From the NCBI GenBank assembly GCA_032718475.1, contig JAUCBJ010001077.1:56117-120116 (forward strand): a stretch of DNA of 64,000 nucleotides, in the 5' to 3' direction. A program made the translations under genes and the position numbers. This stretch comes from Nemertoderma westbladi (lineage: Eukaryota; Animalia; Xenacoelomorpha). Shown here piece after piece: positions 35,588-46,185 of this stretch (its first letter is position 1; each line of letters opens with the position of its first letter). The notes beneath the pieces are model-generated. The model worked only from the letters and a program-made list of their open reading frames with translations. It was not told where the DNA came from and made no database searches.

Positions 35588-37808
35588 GGGTATAACTTTT
35601 CGCCGTATCCGTATCCGTCTGTCCGTATGCATTTGCCGTATCCGTATGCACATACGCGTATGTGCGTATGTAATGGATTCCTATGGAGAATAATCCGTAT
35701 GTGATTTTAAAGATTAGGCATTGCGGACCAGTAAGAAGTGCACAACACACATGCAGACTGAAGACAGATAGGCCTACTTAACACTTAAAGCTAAGTGATT
35801 TAAAGAGTGTGGCTGCCGCTAACCTTATGTCAAATAAACATTGTAGGTCCAGTCCAGGATGAGTGACAGATGATGTCCTTCAGTCCCGAGATGCGCCACA
35901 GCGCTTGTTTTATTGTACTAACTGACACCTGGCCGCCCGGTTGAACTTAGATTAATTACTGGCACCCGGTTGCACTCTTGCACTAGCTGACACGTATGGT
36001 TTGACTCACTGGCACTGGCACTTGTTGGTCTTGTTGGCACTTGGCTGCATAGGGCCTGCTATGGTTAACTAAATACTGGCCCCGAAACGGCGAAAGTAAA
36101 GGTTATTTATTATATGGGAATAAATTCACAAAGAAGGACAGACTGACACGACGGTTTTCAATATCTGTGCGAATGTTTATTCCCTTAGCATTCTCATTGC
36201 TGCTTCTATCAGTCTATACTATGTTAGTGCCATATACTGATATACTGTAGCAACCAACAACATTCTATAGCCAGGTTGGTGGAAAAACAGTTCAAAATTA
36301 AATCACAGTTGGTTAGTTTTCCAAGCGGCGTCAAGAAGAGTTAACTGGTTAATAGGTACTGCACTGCCGCTACTGCACTGTACTGCACTGCACTACCGGG
36401 ACCGAATTGTCCGGGACCGAATTGTCCTAGGACCGAATTGTCCGGGACCGAATTGTCCTAGGACCGAATTGTCCTAGGACCGAATTGTCCTAGGACCGAG
36501 TTGTCCGGGACCGAATTGTCCGGGACCGAATTGTCCGGGACCGAATTGTCCGCGACCAAATTGTCCGGTTCCTGATAGCAACTTTTTAGTGCTTTTTTGA
36601 TATTGGTGAATGTTCTAGAACATTAGTAGAGATATTTTTTTTATGGTAGCTAGTGTTATTTACTTGCTAGAATTTTTGAAATTTTAAAAATAGGCCTACT
36701 GTATTTTTTTTATTTTTATTATTGGTACCGGTAGTGTTCGAGAATATTGTTATATATTATTTATTAAGGTGTAGCTAGTGTTTTTTGTTACTAGCTAGCA
36801 TTTCCTTGAAATTATTAAAACACTTGTGAAAACATTGATATTTCAGAATTATGCCTAAACTGTTGCTGATTATATTAATTACCAACAATATTGATGATAT
36901 TATAACAGTCCCTGAATGAGATCCAGCTATTATCTAGGATAATAATTTAGGCTTGTTAACCAACCAACAACACATACAGTATACTTACGCAGTATATAAA
37001 AAAAATCAGTTTTAAACATTTTAAATACATACTATTACTCGCTAGTAAATAATTCACAAGCTCCATAAAAACACCATAGCTACCATAACTAATAATGTTA
37101 ACAAAAAAAAGTAAAATTTTCTTTATTTTCAAAAAAATACTAGCTACAGTAGTAAAAAAAACACTAGCTACCATATAATAATATATACCATATAAGGTAT
37201 TAAGGTATTAATAGGGGTATTAACTATTAAGGTTCTAGAACATTTACCATTATATAATACCAATTAAATTTGGTCCCGGACAATTCGGTCCTGGACAATT
37301 CGGTCCCGGACAATTCGGTCCCGGACAATTCGGTCCCATTAATATGCATGTTTTGGGACCGAATTGTCCTAGTCAGTATCCGGACAATTCGGTCCCGGAC
37401 AATTCGGTCCCAAAACACAAAATTAATGGGACCGAATTGTCCGGGACCGAATTGTCCGGGACCGAATTGTCCGGGACCGAATTGTCCGGACCGAATTGTC
37501 CTGCTTCCATCCTGGACCTGTCCTGCATTCCATTGTTTATTTGACATAAGGTAGTGGCAGCCACACTCTTTAAATCCCTTAGCTTTAAGTAGGCCTACCT
37601 GTGTCTTCAGTCTCCATGTGTGTTGTGCACTTCTTACTGCTGTACTGGTCCGCAATGCCTAATCTCTAAAATCACATAGGCCTACGGATTATTCTCCATA
37701 GCCCATAGCAGCATAGGAATCCATTACATACGGCACATATGCGTAGGCCTATGTACATACGGATACGGCAAATGCATACGGATACGGATACGGCGAAAAG
37801 TTATACCC
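35588..37808. mobile_element. Non-autonomous MULE-like element, ~250-bp TIRs, 9-bp TSD
   Basis: GGGTATAACTTTTCGCCGTATCC... and its inverse; ACCGATATA at 35579-35587 and 37809-37817; internal arrays of 15-bp GGACCGAATTGTCC(G/T) at 36398-36570 and 37270-37500 in both orientations. Confidence 0.92.
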
Positions 37809-40164
37809 ACCGATATAGCAGTTGATTAGTCCTGTATGGTGGCCCATGGCTGGTTGGCTGCCACTATAAAACTCTTGATAAAATACAGAAATATTTAAAT
37901 AATAAATAAGTGGAAAAAATATCTTGACAAAAAAATAAGTTAAAAAAACATCTTGAAAAAAATATGTGAAATAAAATATCTTTAAAAAAATCTCAGTAAA
38001 AAATATCTTGAAAAAAAAGGTAAAAAAAAATACTCACGAAAAAAATTCCATAAAAAATAAATACTGTTAAAGAAAAAAAAAACACCCCACGTGGCCCAGG
38101 GCTGCCATCACCCCATAATCAGATAACAGTTGGCCCATGGCTGCCATTAAAAAAAAATAGTAAAAAAAAAATAAAAAAATAAAATACCCCCACGCCACGT
38201 GGCCCTGGGCTGCCACTGCCCCCAGAATCAGTACTGCAGTAATAGTATTGGACCATGGCTGCCATTAAAAAAAAACTAATAGTAAAAAAAATAAAATACC
38301 CCTCGTGGCCCAGGGCTGCCACTGCCCCCAGAATCAGTAATAGTACAGTAGTATTGGACCATGGCTGCCAGACTGCCAGATTACTGTGCTCATAATACTG
38401 CTGTACTGTAGGCCTACTGCTGTATGTGTTGTGTAGTACTGTCAGACTGTAGGCCTACTGATTATTCATAATAGGCCCTTTTCCCTATACAGCAAGGGGC
38501 TGTTGCGCTGTCAGCCAGAGAGGTAACAGCCCATGGAGTAAGGTTTTACCGGACCCCTAGTGCGCTAACTGTCAGATACAGAGATAGTCTGACTGTCTGA
38601 TACCAACTGTCAGACAGTCTTTTTCAACTATCAGATAGCCTAGATGATCGGATCGCCCAGTTACAAGTTGCCCTCAGTTGTATTTTTTAAACCCCGAGAG
38701 TTCAGGAGTTGCTGACAGAGTCTGTTACTACTTCCGAAATCGTTGATCGTGGTGCCAGTACCGGTACCGGAATTCTGGCTTTGATTATAAACACTGACAG
38801 ACGGAACTGCTGAACGATGGCGGAATCTACGAAACCCGGATTCGTAATCCTGTAATCCGAGAAGGCGACGGAGTCATTAAACGTAAACAATGAAACGATC
38901 GCTATGGACAACGGAGTCTATTCAATCCCGAAGGATACGATGGCGACGGAGTCTATTACTGTATTACAATATTAAACACGGAACCTGGAACCAGAGCGAT
39001 CCTGCGATCAGACGATGGCGAGGTATACCGAGGTAATCTACAAAACACAGAACGACAAGAAGGCGACGGAGTTTTTAGACCCAGTACGATATGGTGAATA
39101 GCGATCAAGACGCGACAACGGTGTCTATTAAACCTTGAACGAAGACGGTCAGACGGTGGAGTCTATAAACCTGGAACAATGCGAACGAGGCTACTGTAAA
39201 GTTAGACTGGTTTGTGAGATTAACCTGCCAATACTAACTCAATAGAATTCGCTTTCTTCGAATTCCTAATAATATATTTCAATCTTAATAATAATTATTC
39301 AACATCAATTATTATTTTATATGTCTTGTATAAGATTGCTAAAGTATATAGAGCTAACTTATAAATCTAAGATCTAAATTTAAGAATCTGCCTTATATTT
39401 TTAGAATTATTATAAATAATTTTGTTATGTTTATAATGAATTATAGTGAGGCTGTAGTGTAAATGAATTATATCTTTCGTCAGACTACTGTATGCGCGAC
39501 CGTGATGATAATGGGAAATGGGAAGGTAAAGGGGGGTGGGGGGATCGCAATCAATATTCTTCCCTCCCTAGGTGAAAATCGACGAAAATAACAGCTTGTT
39601 TACTACTAAAAATAAAACGGGTGTTGGGCTGGTCACCTCGCCGCACTGCCACTTCGCCGCAAGTCATCTCGCCGCAGATAATGTGCGGCGAGGTGTCTCA
39701 CTGTGAATGCCATTTCGCCGCAAATTATCGGACACCTCGCCGCAAGTCATATTAATCATTTATTTCTATATTTACAGGAAAGCCTACTTTTATGGCATTG
39801 GACATTATTATAAGAAGAAATAAAATAATACGGTAAGGTTTGTTGTTCTATTATAATTACTGTATTATTATAGATACAGTAGGAGTATTTGAGTAACGTA
39901 TTAGATTATAGTAATATACGGTCATAGAGATTCATAGAGGACTATGAATGACAGTATTCTGACATAGATGTCAGATCAGAATACGGTCATTGAAGTTGTT
40001 TCCATGTCATTGATTACTTTGCAGCATTCCCTCCTATCAGCCCATAGGCCGCAACGCTGCAAAGTAGTACTTTGCAGTGTTACGAGTAATTCACCAGAAC
40101 GCTGTTAAGTTGACATAATGTAACAATAACTTTAGTAGATTTCGAGGCGGGAAAGCGAAGATAA

Positions 40165-40279
40165 ATAATGAAAAGAAAAACCAGCGCTAGTTATGTGATA
40201 TAATCGAAACGTTTGCTTTTTTGGTAATATTATACTATGAAATTCAGGACACTATAGCGCCGGTTTTTCTTTTCATTAT
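40165..40279. repeat. Tiny inverted-repeat element
   Basis: ATAATGAAAAGAAAAACC(A)GCGCTA versus TAGCGC(C)GGTTTTTCTTTTCATTAT. Confidence 0.7.
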
Positions 40280-40812
40280 GTAACAATAACTATTTACGTA
40301 CATGTACAATGCGTTCACGTAGTTTTTGTAATGCAGTAACTAAGTACGGAAACGGAAGTAAGGCAACATAATGTAATATATATAATCTCTGACAAATATT
40401 ATTCACTTTCGGGAAATATTAACAGTTCCTTTAGGACGTGGTGCTCTAAGTATGTAAACAGAGTTATGACTTACACTAAACAACGGGATGGCTATTGATT
40501 CACGTATAAAGCGCATTCTTTAGGAGATGCTTTGTTATCTGTCACAGTCATGCACACTACCGCACAATGCTGCACACTGATCTGCCGACCTTCACTAAAT
40601 TTGATCATATATAAGGAGAACAGCAACGGACACATGTAGGGCCTATGAAATAGCATTCAATTCACTCCAAAACCACTATAATGTAAGTCGCAATTGCTAT
40701 ATGTAACCGGTCTCTCTAACCTTCAGTATATCAAGAAGATTGGGGTTTTCTGATTATTTATCGATATTCTCCAAATATAACAATATTCCATCAACTGATA
40801 CAATTAATAACC

Positions 40813-43800
40813 TGTTCGGTGTCTTGTAGCAATGATTACTATATTGCTCATAGAATATTGGTTAAAGGATTTAAATGTACTAATTGTAATTGTTTGTTTA
40901 ACAGAAATAAACTCTACTGGTGGTGGGTTTTATATAAGCTGTTTGAACTAGATGTATCATTGCATATATTGGGTTACGGTTATTGTTGAGAGTCTTTTTA
41001 GATTATATTATTTTCTGTTCATTGGTAAAATTAATATCTTACATTTAATATTATTTTAACGAGCCTGAACATGGCGCAGCGTAGATTAAACCTACTCATA
41101 AATATTATGTATTATTATTAATTAATTAATTAATTATTAAAACTTATTTATTATAAATTTATTGTAAATAGCTACAATAATACCAATATGGCCGACGACG
41201 CTGCTACCTTAAAACGAGCAAAAAATATACGATCAGCTTTATATGGGTTGACCAACAGCGCACGAGCCCGTTACGAGGCTGCCTACAACGATATTTCTCA
41301 GGCCGGCATCGACAATACGACAAACGACGATATAGACTCATTGCGGGCAAAGGCCGATGCTTATAACGCAGCAGTAGTACGCTATAGCAACGCACATATC
41401 GATGTTCTGGGCATTCAACCAACAGATGAGAATGATAGAGACACTATTCGAATCGATGAACTAAACAACCATATGTTTGAAGTCAAAGCATCACTTAATA
41501 TAATTCAGCGCAAATGCAATTTAAATCAGCCTTTACCTACCGCAAGATTTCCAAATCAACCAAGACGTATAGAACGCAGTAGCCAACCAAATCAACTCAT
41601 TCCATCAATCTCTCTGACAGCATATAAAGCGTGGCGATCTAAGTTTAATGACTATTATAACATTAATAGCATGTCCAGTATGCCTCAAACAGAGCAATTG
41701 GGACATCTGCGTGCTTGTATTAGTGAAGATATGATAACAAAAATGAAATACACTATGGAGATCCCAGAAAATACTACAATGTCAGTTAGTGAAATACTTC
41801 ATACAGTGGAAATCTATTTCACAAATAAGGTTAGTTTGGCTCGACGTCGCTGCGATTTTGATCGATCAACCCAATTACCCGGTGAGTCGTTTGAAGCTTT
41901 CTTTGAAAGACTCCAATCTCTACAGGAACTCGCAGAACCTGCGACTGGGTGTACATGTGCCGCCGATCACTTAGTAACTCGAATTATGTGCGGTATTAAC
42001 AACCAAGAACTTCAACGTAAGTTGTTTGCACTAGGTAAACCTAAACTTACTGTAAATATTGTCAAGAATATTTGTATTGCTTTTGTAAAGGGCGATACGG
42101 AAACTACTGCCCTTGCAGGAATATCTCATATACAGCAAATACCATCAAATAATCCCGAGGTTGCACAAGCTCTACATACTCTACAATCACATTTAGTATT
42201 TCCATCAAATACTGAACATGAACAAGGTATACAAACAATTCAGGCTCTACCAACTAAGACTGAAAAAAGTTATCCTAACAAAAGGAGGAATCCAATATAT
42301 CGCCCCCCTCAGCAATCTGTATATAGAGCGCCACCAACTATGGTAACCAGACTTTGCGTCTGGTGCGGTGGATCTACATCTCATCGAAATGACCGATCAA
42401 AATGCCCGGCAGACAGGAAACAATGCACAAAGTGTTATAAAATAGGCCACTTTCCAGCAGTATGCAAGGCCTTCCCTCAAGCTGCGAATTATAATAAAAT
42501 ATGCAGTCTACCAGGCACAATATGCAGCAATGATCAGTCACCCGATAATAATCAATCAGACGAACACCAGTCTCAAATGTATTCCACTCTAGGTGCTCAC
42601 CACTACCTAAATTACGTCTCAGGAGATTATGACAAAACGCAAGACATCAATACATTACCACATGTTGTACATGTGTCCCATTATCCCTCAAACGAGCCGA
42701 CATTCCAAACTATCACCCGAAAAGCCCCCATGGCCAAGGTAATTATCAATGGGGAATTTATAACTGATGCATTACCAGATACAGGTGCGGATGCACCTGT
42801 TATCCCATACGATATTTTGTTAGCACATGGCATGATCCAAAATATAAACACTTCACATTCTCCTAGAATATATGCAGCGAATAAGCAGCTTATTCAAACA
42901 TGTGGCGTAATTAATCTCAATGTGGAATATTATGGAATATCAGTTCCTTTATTAGCCGTTGTTACCAAAGTCGGTTCAACTTTCATTTTACCATGGTATA
43001 CACTCAAATCACTAAAAATAATTCCTGAATCATATCCAATACCAGAATATGTAGTACCACAAGTTCATGCGATCTCCGCTGCCGATAGTACTAGAGCCGA
43101 GTTACTAGCTGAATATTCAGATGTGTTTGATACCTCAAAGTCTAAACCTATGAACGTACCAGAAATGGAAATTCATCTTAAACCTAACGCTGTTCCATTT
43201 AAAATTTACACTTCACGCAAAATTCCTGTTCACCTCGAAGCAGAAACTAAAGCAGAACTGTCAAGAATGGTACAGCTACAAATTATTAAAAAAGTAGAAC
43301 CAATCCCAGGGAAGCCTCCACTAACATGGGTAGCACCAATGGTCGTCACTGAAAAACCAAGGGGAGGCATCAGAATATGCATAGATTATAGCAAACTCAA
43401 TGACTATGTTGAAAGACCGGTTCACCCATTTAAATGCCCAGCAGATATTATTGCAAGCCTTAATCCAGAGGCACAATTTTTCTCAACTATAGATGCCGCC
43501 AAGGGTTATTGGCAAATACCTTTGGCGGAATCAAGCCAACCACTCACCTGCTTCATGACCCCATGGGGTTGTTACATGTTTTTACGGGCGCCAATGGGTC
43601 TAAGTTCAGCTGGTGACGTCTTCTGCATTTGGGGTGATGCAGCATTCGTCGATATAAAGAACATGGAGAAAATCGTGGATGACCTTTTAGTCCATACTGT
43701 AACGTTCGAAAAGCATACAGAGATTGTAAGAACAGTTCTTGAGCGTTGTCGCAAGTTCAACATCACTCTGTCTAAGGACAAATTCATTTTCGGTCAACCA

Positions 43801-46185
43801 GAGGTTGAATTTATCGGTCTCCGAATCGGCCGCAATGGAATAAAATGCGACCCTACAAAGATAGAATCAATCAAACAGTTCCCTATACCCAAAAATATTA
43901 CAGATTTAAGATCCTTTTTCGGCCTAGTGCAGCAGATGAGATCGTTTTCAAATAAAGTAGCACCATCATTGGCCCCATTAAAAGGTCTACTAAGCACTAA
44001 AAATTCATTTACATGGACACCAGATCATACAGCAGCATTTGAGGTGATAAAAAATGTTATGTCAAACCCAGCCATTCTGAAACCTTTCGATATCAACCTA
44101 CCGACTGCTTTAAACACAGACGCATCTAGAGACGGGTTAGGCTACACTTTGACCCAGAAACATCCAGATGGCTGGCACTTAGTTACTTGTGGCAGCCGAT
44201 TCATCACACCTACAGAGTGCAACTGGGCTGTATGTGAACTAGAACTTCTAGCCGTAGTTTGGGGAGTCAAGAAGTGCAGAGTATTTCTTCAAGGCTGTCC
44301 ATCATTCACAGTAAAAACAGACCATAAGCCACTGCGGTCAATAATAAATGACAAACTCTTGCATGTCATTGAAAATCCACGCTTACAACGTCTCAAGGAA
44401 AAACTTTGTGGATATAATATCAAAGCCGAATGGATACCTGGAAAGGATAATAAATTTGCTGACGCGCTTTCCAGATCTCCGGTTAGCAACCCAACTGAGG
44501 AGGATATTACCCAATCTGAAACTATTGCATTACATGTTAGGACCATTATCTCCTCTCACAGCAATAATATTGACCCTAGTCATGAAATGTTATACACAGC
44601 CGCAAATGGTGATAAAGAATATGAGCTTCTACGATCCTCACTCATATCGGGTTCCAAAAAAGCCATACCATCTGAACTCTCACTATATAAAAACCTAATT
44701 AAAGAATTTTCCATCCAGGACGACCTTGTCATTTATGGCAAACGAATAGTTGTCCCGATTCTAGCCCGCAAAGAAATTCTTCATCGTCTACATTCCTCCC
44801 ACCAAGGATATCGCCGTACATGGGAGCGCGCTCACCAATTATATTTCTGGCCAGGCATACGTTCTGATATAAAAAATATTATAGATAATTGTGAAACTTG
44901 TCAATGCCACAGACCCAGCCAAACCCAAGAGCCAATGATATTACAGGATCCTATACCAAAACGCCCCTTTGAGCAAGCATCATCGGATCTATTTAGCCAT
45001 GGCGGAAATACGTTTATGGTCTATGTTGACAGATATAGCGGGTGGCCTAATGTTTACCATTTCGGAAAATTTACTCCTTCAACATATCAAGTAAAAACAA
45101 TCATTATGGAATACTTCTGTGAAACCGGCGTACCTATTCTGCTCCGTACTGATGGTGGACCGCAGTATTCCTCTATTGAGTTTGCCAATTTTTGTAAAAA
45201 CTGGAACGTAAAACATGTTAGTAGCAGTGCCTACTATCCGCAAAGCAATGGGCACGCGGAGTCAGCAGTAAAAGCTATTAAAGGACTTGTAATAAAGAAT
45301 ACATCAACTAATGGCACATTTGATAAGGCCGATTTCTTAGAAGGACTTTTGGAATGGCGTAATACACCACGTGATGCACACCATCCATCACCATCTATAA
45401 TGCTATTTGGACGCCAAACCCGTACACGTCTACCCATAAGTCGTGCTGCACTTAATACTTATTGGGGCAGTTCCATGGACAAAATAGATGAACATGTTGC
45501 TGCAGCTAGAAGACAGAAAGACATAGCTGCAAAGTCGCGTTATGACGAACACACGCACAGCTTACAACCTATCTCAGTAGGTACCACTGTTTATGTACAA
45601 CACCCTGTCAGTCGCTTATGGGACAGAATTGGAAAAGTCACAGATGTTCGTGAGGGAGGTAGAAGCTATTATGTTTTATTTCCTTCTGGACGAACAACTT
45701 TACGCAACAGACGTTTCTTGCGACCAACACCTACTCAAAGACAATGCTCTGAAAATATACCTCATAAAATAGAGACCAAGATATTTCGACGATCCACACG
45801 AATATCTAGACCTCCGGCGAGACTGGGTATCGAACATTAGCCGACATTCCTGGACAATAAACTTGATTAACTCATACACAAAATATAATCGATCATTTTC
45901 ATGAATTCAAAGATCTAGGAGGGGCATGTTCGGTGTCTTGTAGCAATGATTACTATATTGCTCATAGAATATTGGTTACAGGATTTAAATGTACTAATTG
46001 TAATTGTTTGTTTAACAGAAATAAACTCTACTGGTGGTGGGTTTTATATAAGCTGTTTGAACTAGATGTATCATTGCATATATTGGGTTACGGTTATTGT
46101 TGAGAGTCTTTTTAGATTATATTATTTTCTGTTCATTGGTAAAATTAATATCTTACATTTAATATTATTTTAACGAGCCTGAACA
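40813..46185 (+). mobile_element. Intact young Ty3/Gypsy (Mag-like) LTR retrotransposon, 5373 bp
   Basis: 259-bp LTRs 40813-41071 and 45927-46185 with one mismatch seen; TSD TAACC; PBS TGGCGCAGCG at 41072 (fits a tRNA-Ser 3' end); PPT AGGAGGGG at ~45917. Confidence 0.98.
41188..45840 (+). CDS. Gypsy Gag-Pol polyprotein, 1550 aa, single open frame
   Basis: Two CCHC knuckles, protease DTGA, RT (IRICIDY, KGYWQI, IVDD), RNase H (TDAS, ELE, TDHKPL, ADALSR), integrase HHCC plus DLF/TDGGPQ/NGHAE. Confidence 0.98.
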   Translation: MADDAATLKRAKNIRSALYGLTNSARARYEAAYNDISQAGIDNTTNDDIDSLRAKADAYNAAVVRYSNAHIDVLGIQPTDENDRDTIRIDELNNHMFEVKASLNIIQRKCNLNQPLPTARFPNQPRRIERSSQPNQLIPSISLTAYKAWRSKFNDYYNINSMSSMPQTEQLGHLRACISEDMITKMKYTMEIPENTTMSVSEILHTVEIYFTNKVSLARRRCDFDRSTQLPGESFEAFFERLQSLQELAEPATGCTCAADHLVTRIMCGINNQELQRKLFALGKPKLTVNIVKNICIAFVKGDTETTALAGISHIQQIPSNNPEVAQALHTLQSHLVFPSNTEHEQGIQTIQALPTKTEKSYPNKRRNPIYRPPQQSVYRAPPTMVTRLCVWCGGSTSHRNDRSKCPADRKQCTKCYKIGHFPAVCKAFPQAANYNKICSLPGTICSNDQSPDNNQSDEHQSQMYSTLGAHHYLNYVSGDYDKTQDINTLPHVVHVSHYPSNEPTFQTITRKAPMAKVIINGEFITDALPDTGADAPVIPYDILLAHGMIQNINTSHSPRIYAANKQLIQTCGVINLNVEYYGISVPLLAVVTKVGSTFILPWYTLKSLKIIPESYPIPEYVVPQVHAISAADSTRAELLAEYSDVFDTSKSKPMNVPEMEIHLKPNAVPFKIYTSRKIPVHLEAETKAELSRMVQLQIIKKVEPIPGKPPLTWVAPMVVTEKPRGGIRICIDYSKLNDYVERPVHPFKCPADIIASLNPEAQFFSTIDAAKGYWQIPLAESSQPLTCFMTPWGCYMFLRAPMGLSSAGDVFCIWGDAAFVDIKNMEKIVDDLLVHTVTFEKHTEIVRTVLERCRKFNITLSKDKFIFGQPEVEFIGLRIGRNGIKCDPTKIESIKQFPIPKNITDLRSFFGLVQQMRSFSNKVAPSLAPLKGLLSTKNSFTWTPDHTAAFEVIKNVMSNPAILKPFDINLPTALNTDASRDGLGYTLTQKHPDGWHLVTCGSRFITPTECNWAVCELELLAVVWGVKKCRVFLQGCPSFTVKTDHKPLRSIINDKLLHVIENPRLQRLKEKLCGYNIKAEWIPGKDNKFADALSRSPVSNPTEEDITQSETIALHVRTIISSHSNNIDPSHEMLYTAANGDKEYELLRSSLISGSKKAIPSELSLYKNLIKEFSIQDDLVIYGKRIVVPILARKEILHRLHSSHQGYRRTWERAHQLYFWPGIRSDIKNIIDNCETCQCHRPSQTQEPMILQDPIPKRPFEQASSDLFSHGGNTFMVYVDRYSGWPNVYHFGKFTPSTYQVKTIIMEYFCETGVPILLRTDGGPQYSSIEFANFCKNWNVKHVSSSAYYPQSNGHAESAVKAIKGLVIKNTSTNGTFDKADFLEGLLEWRNTPRDAHHPSPSIMLFGRQTRTRLPISRAALNTYWGSSMDKIDEHVAAARRQKDIAAKSRYDEHTHSLQPISVGTTVYVQHPVSRLWDRIGKVTDVREGGRSYYVLFPSGRTTLRNRRFLRPTPTQRQCSENIPHKIETKIFRRSTRISRPPARLGIEH

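Noticed and set aside
37227-37655. ORFs with GPGQF/GTELS/PDNSV repeats
   Set aside because: Translations of a 15-bp DNA repeat open in several frames.
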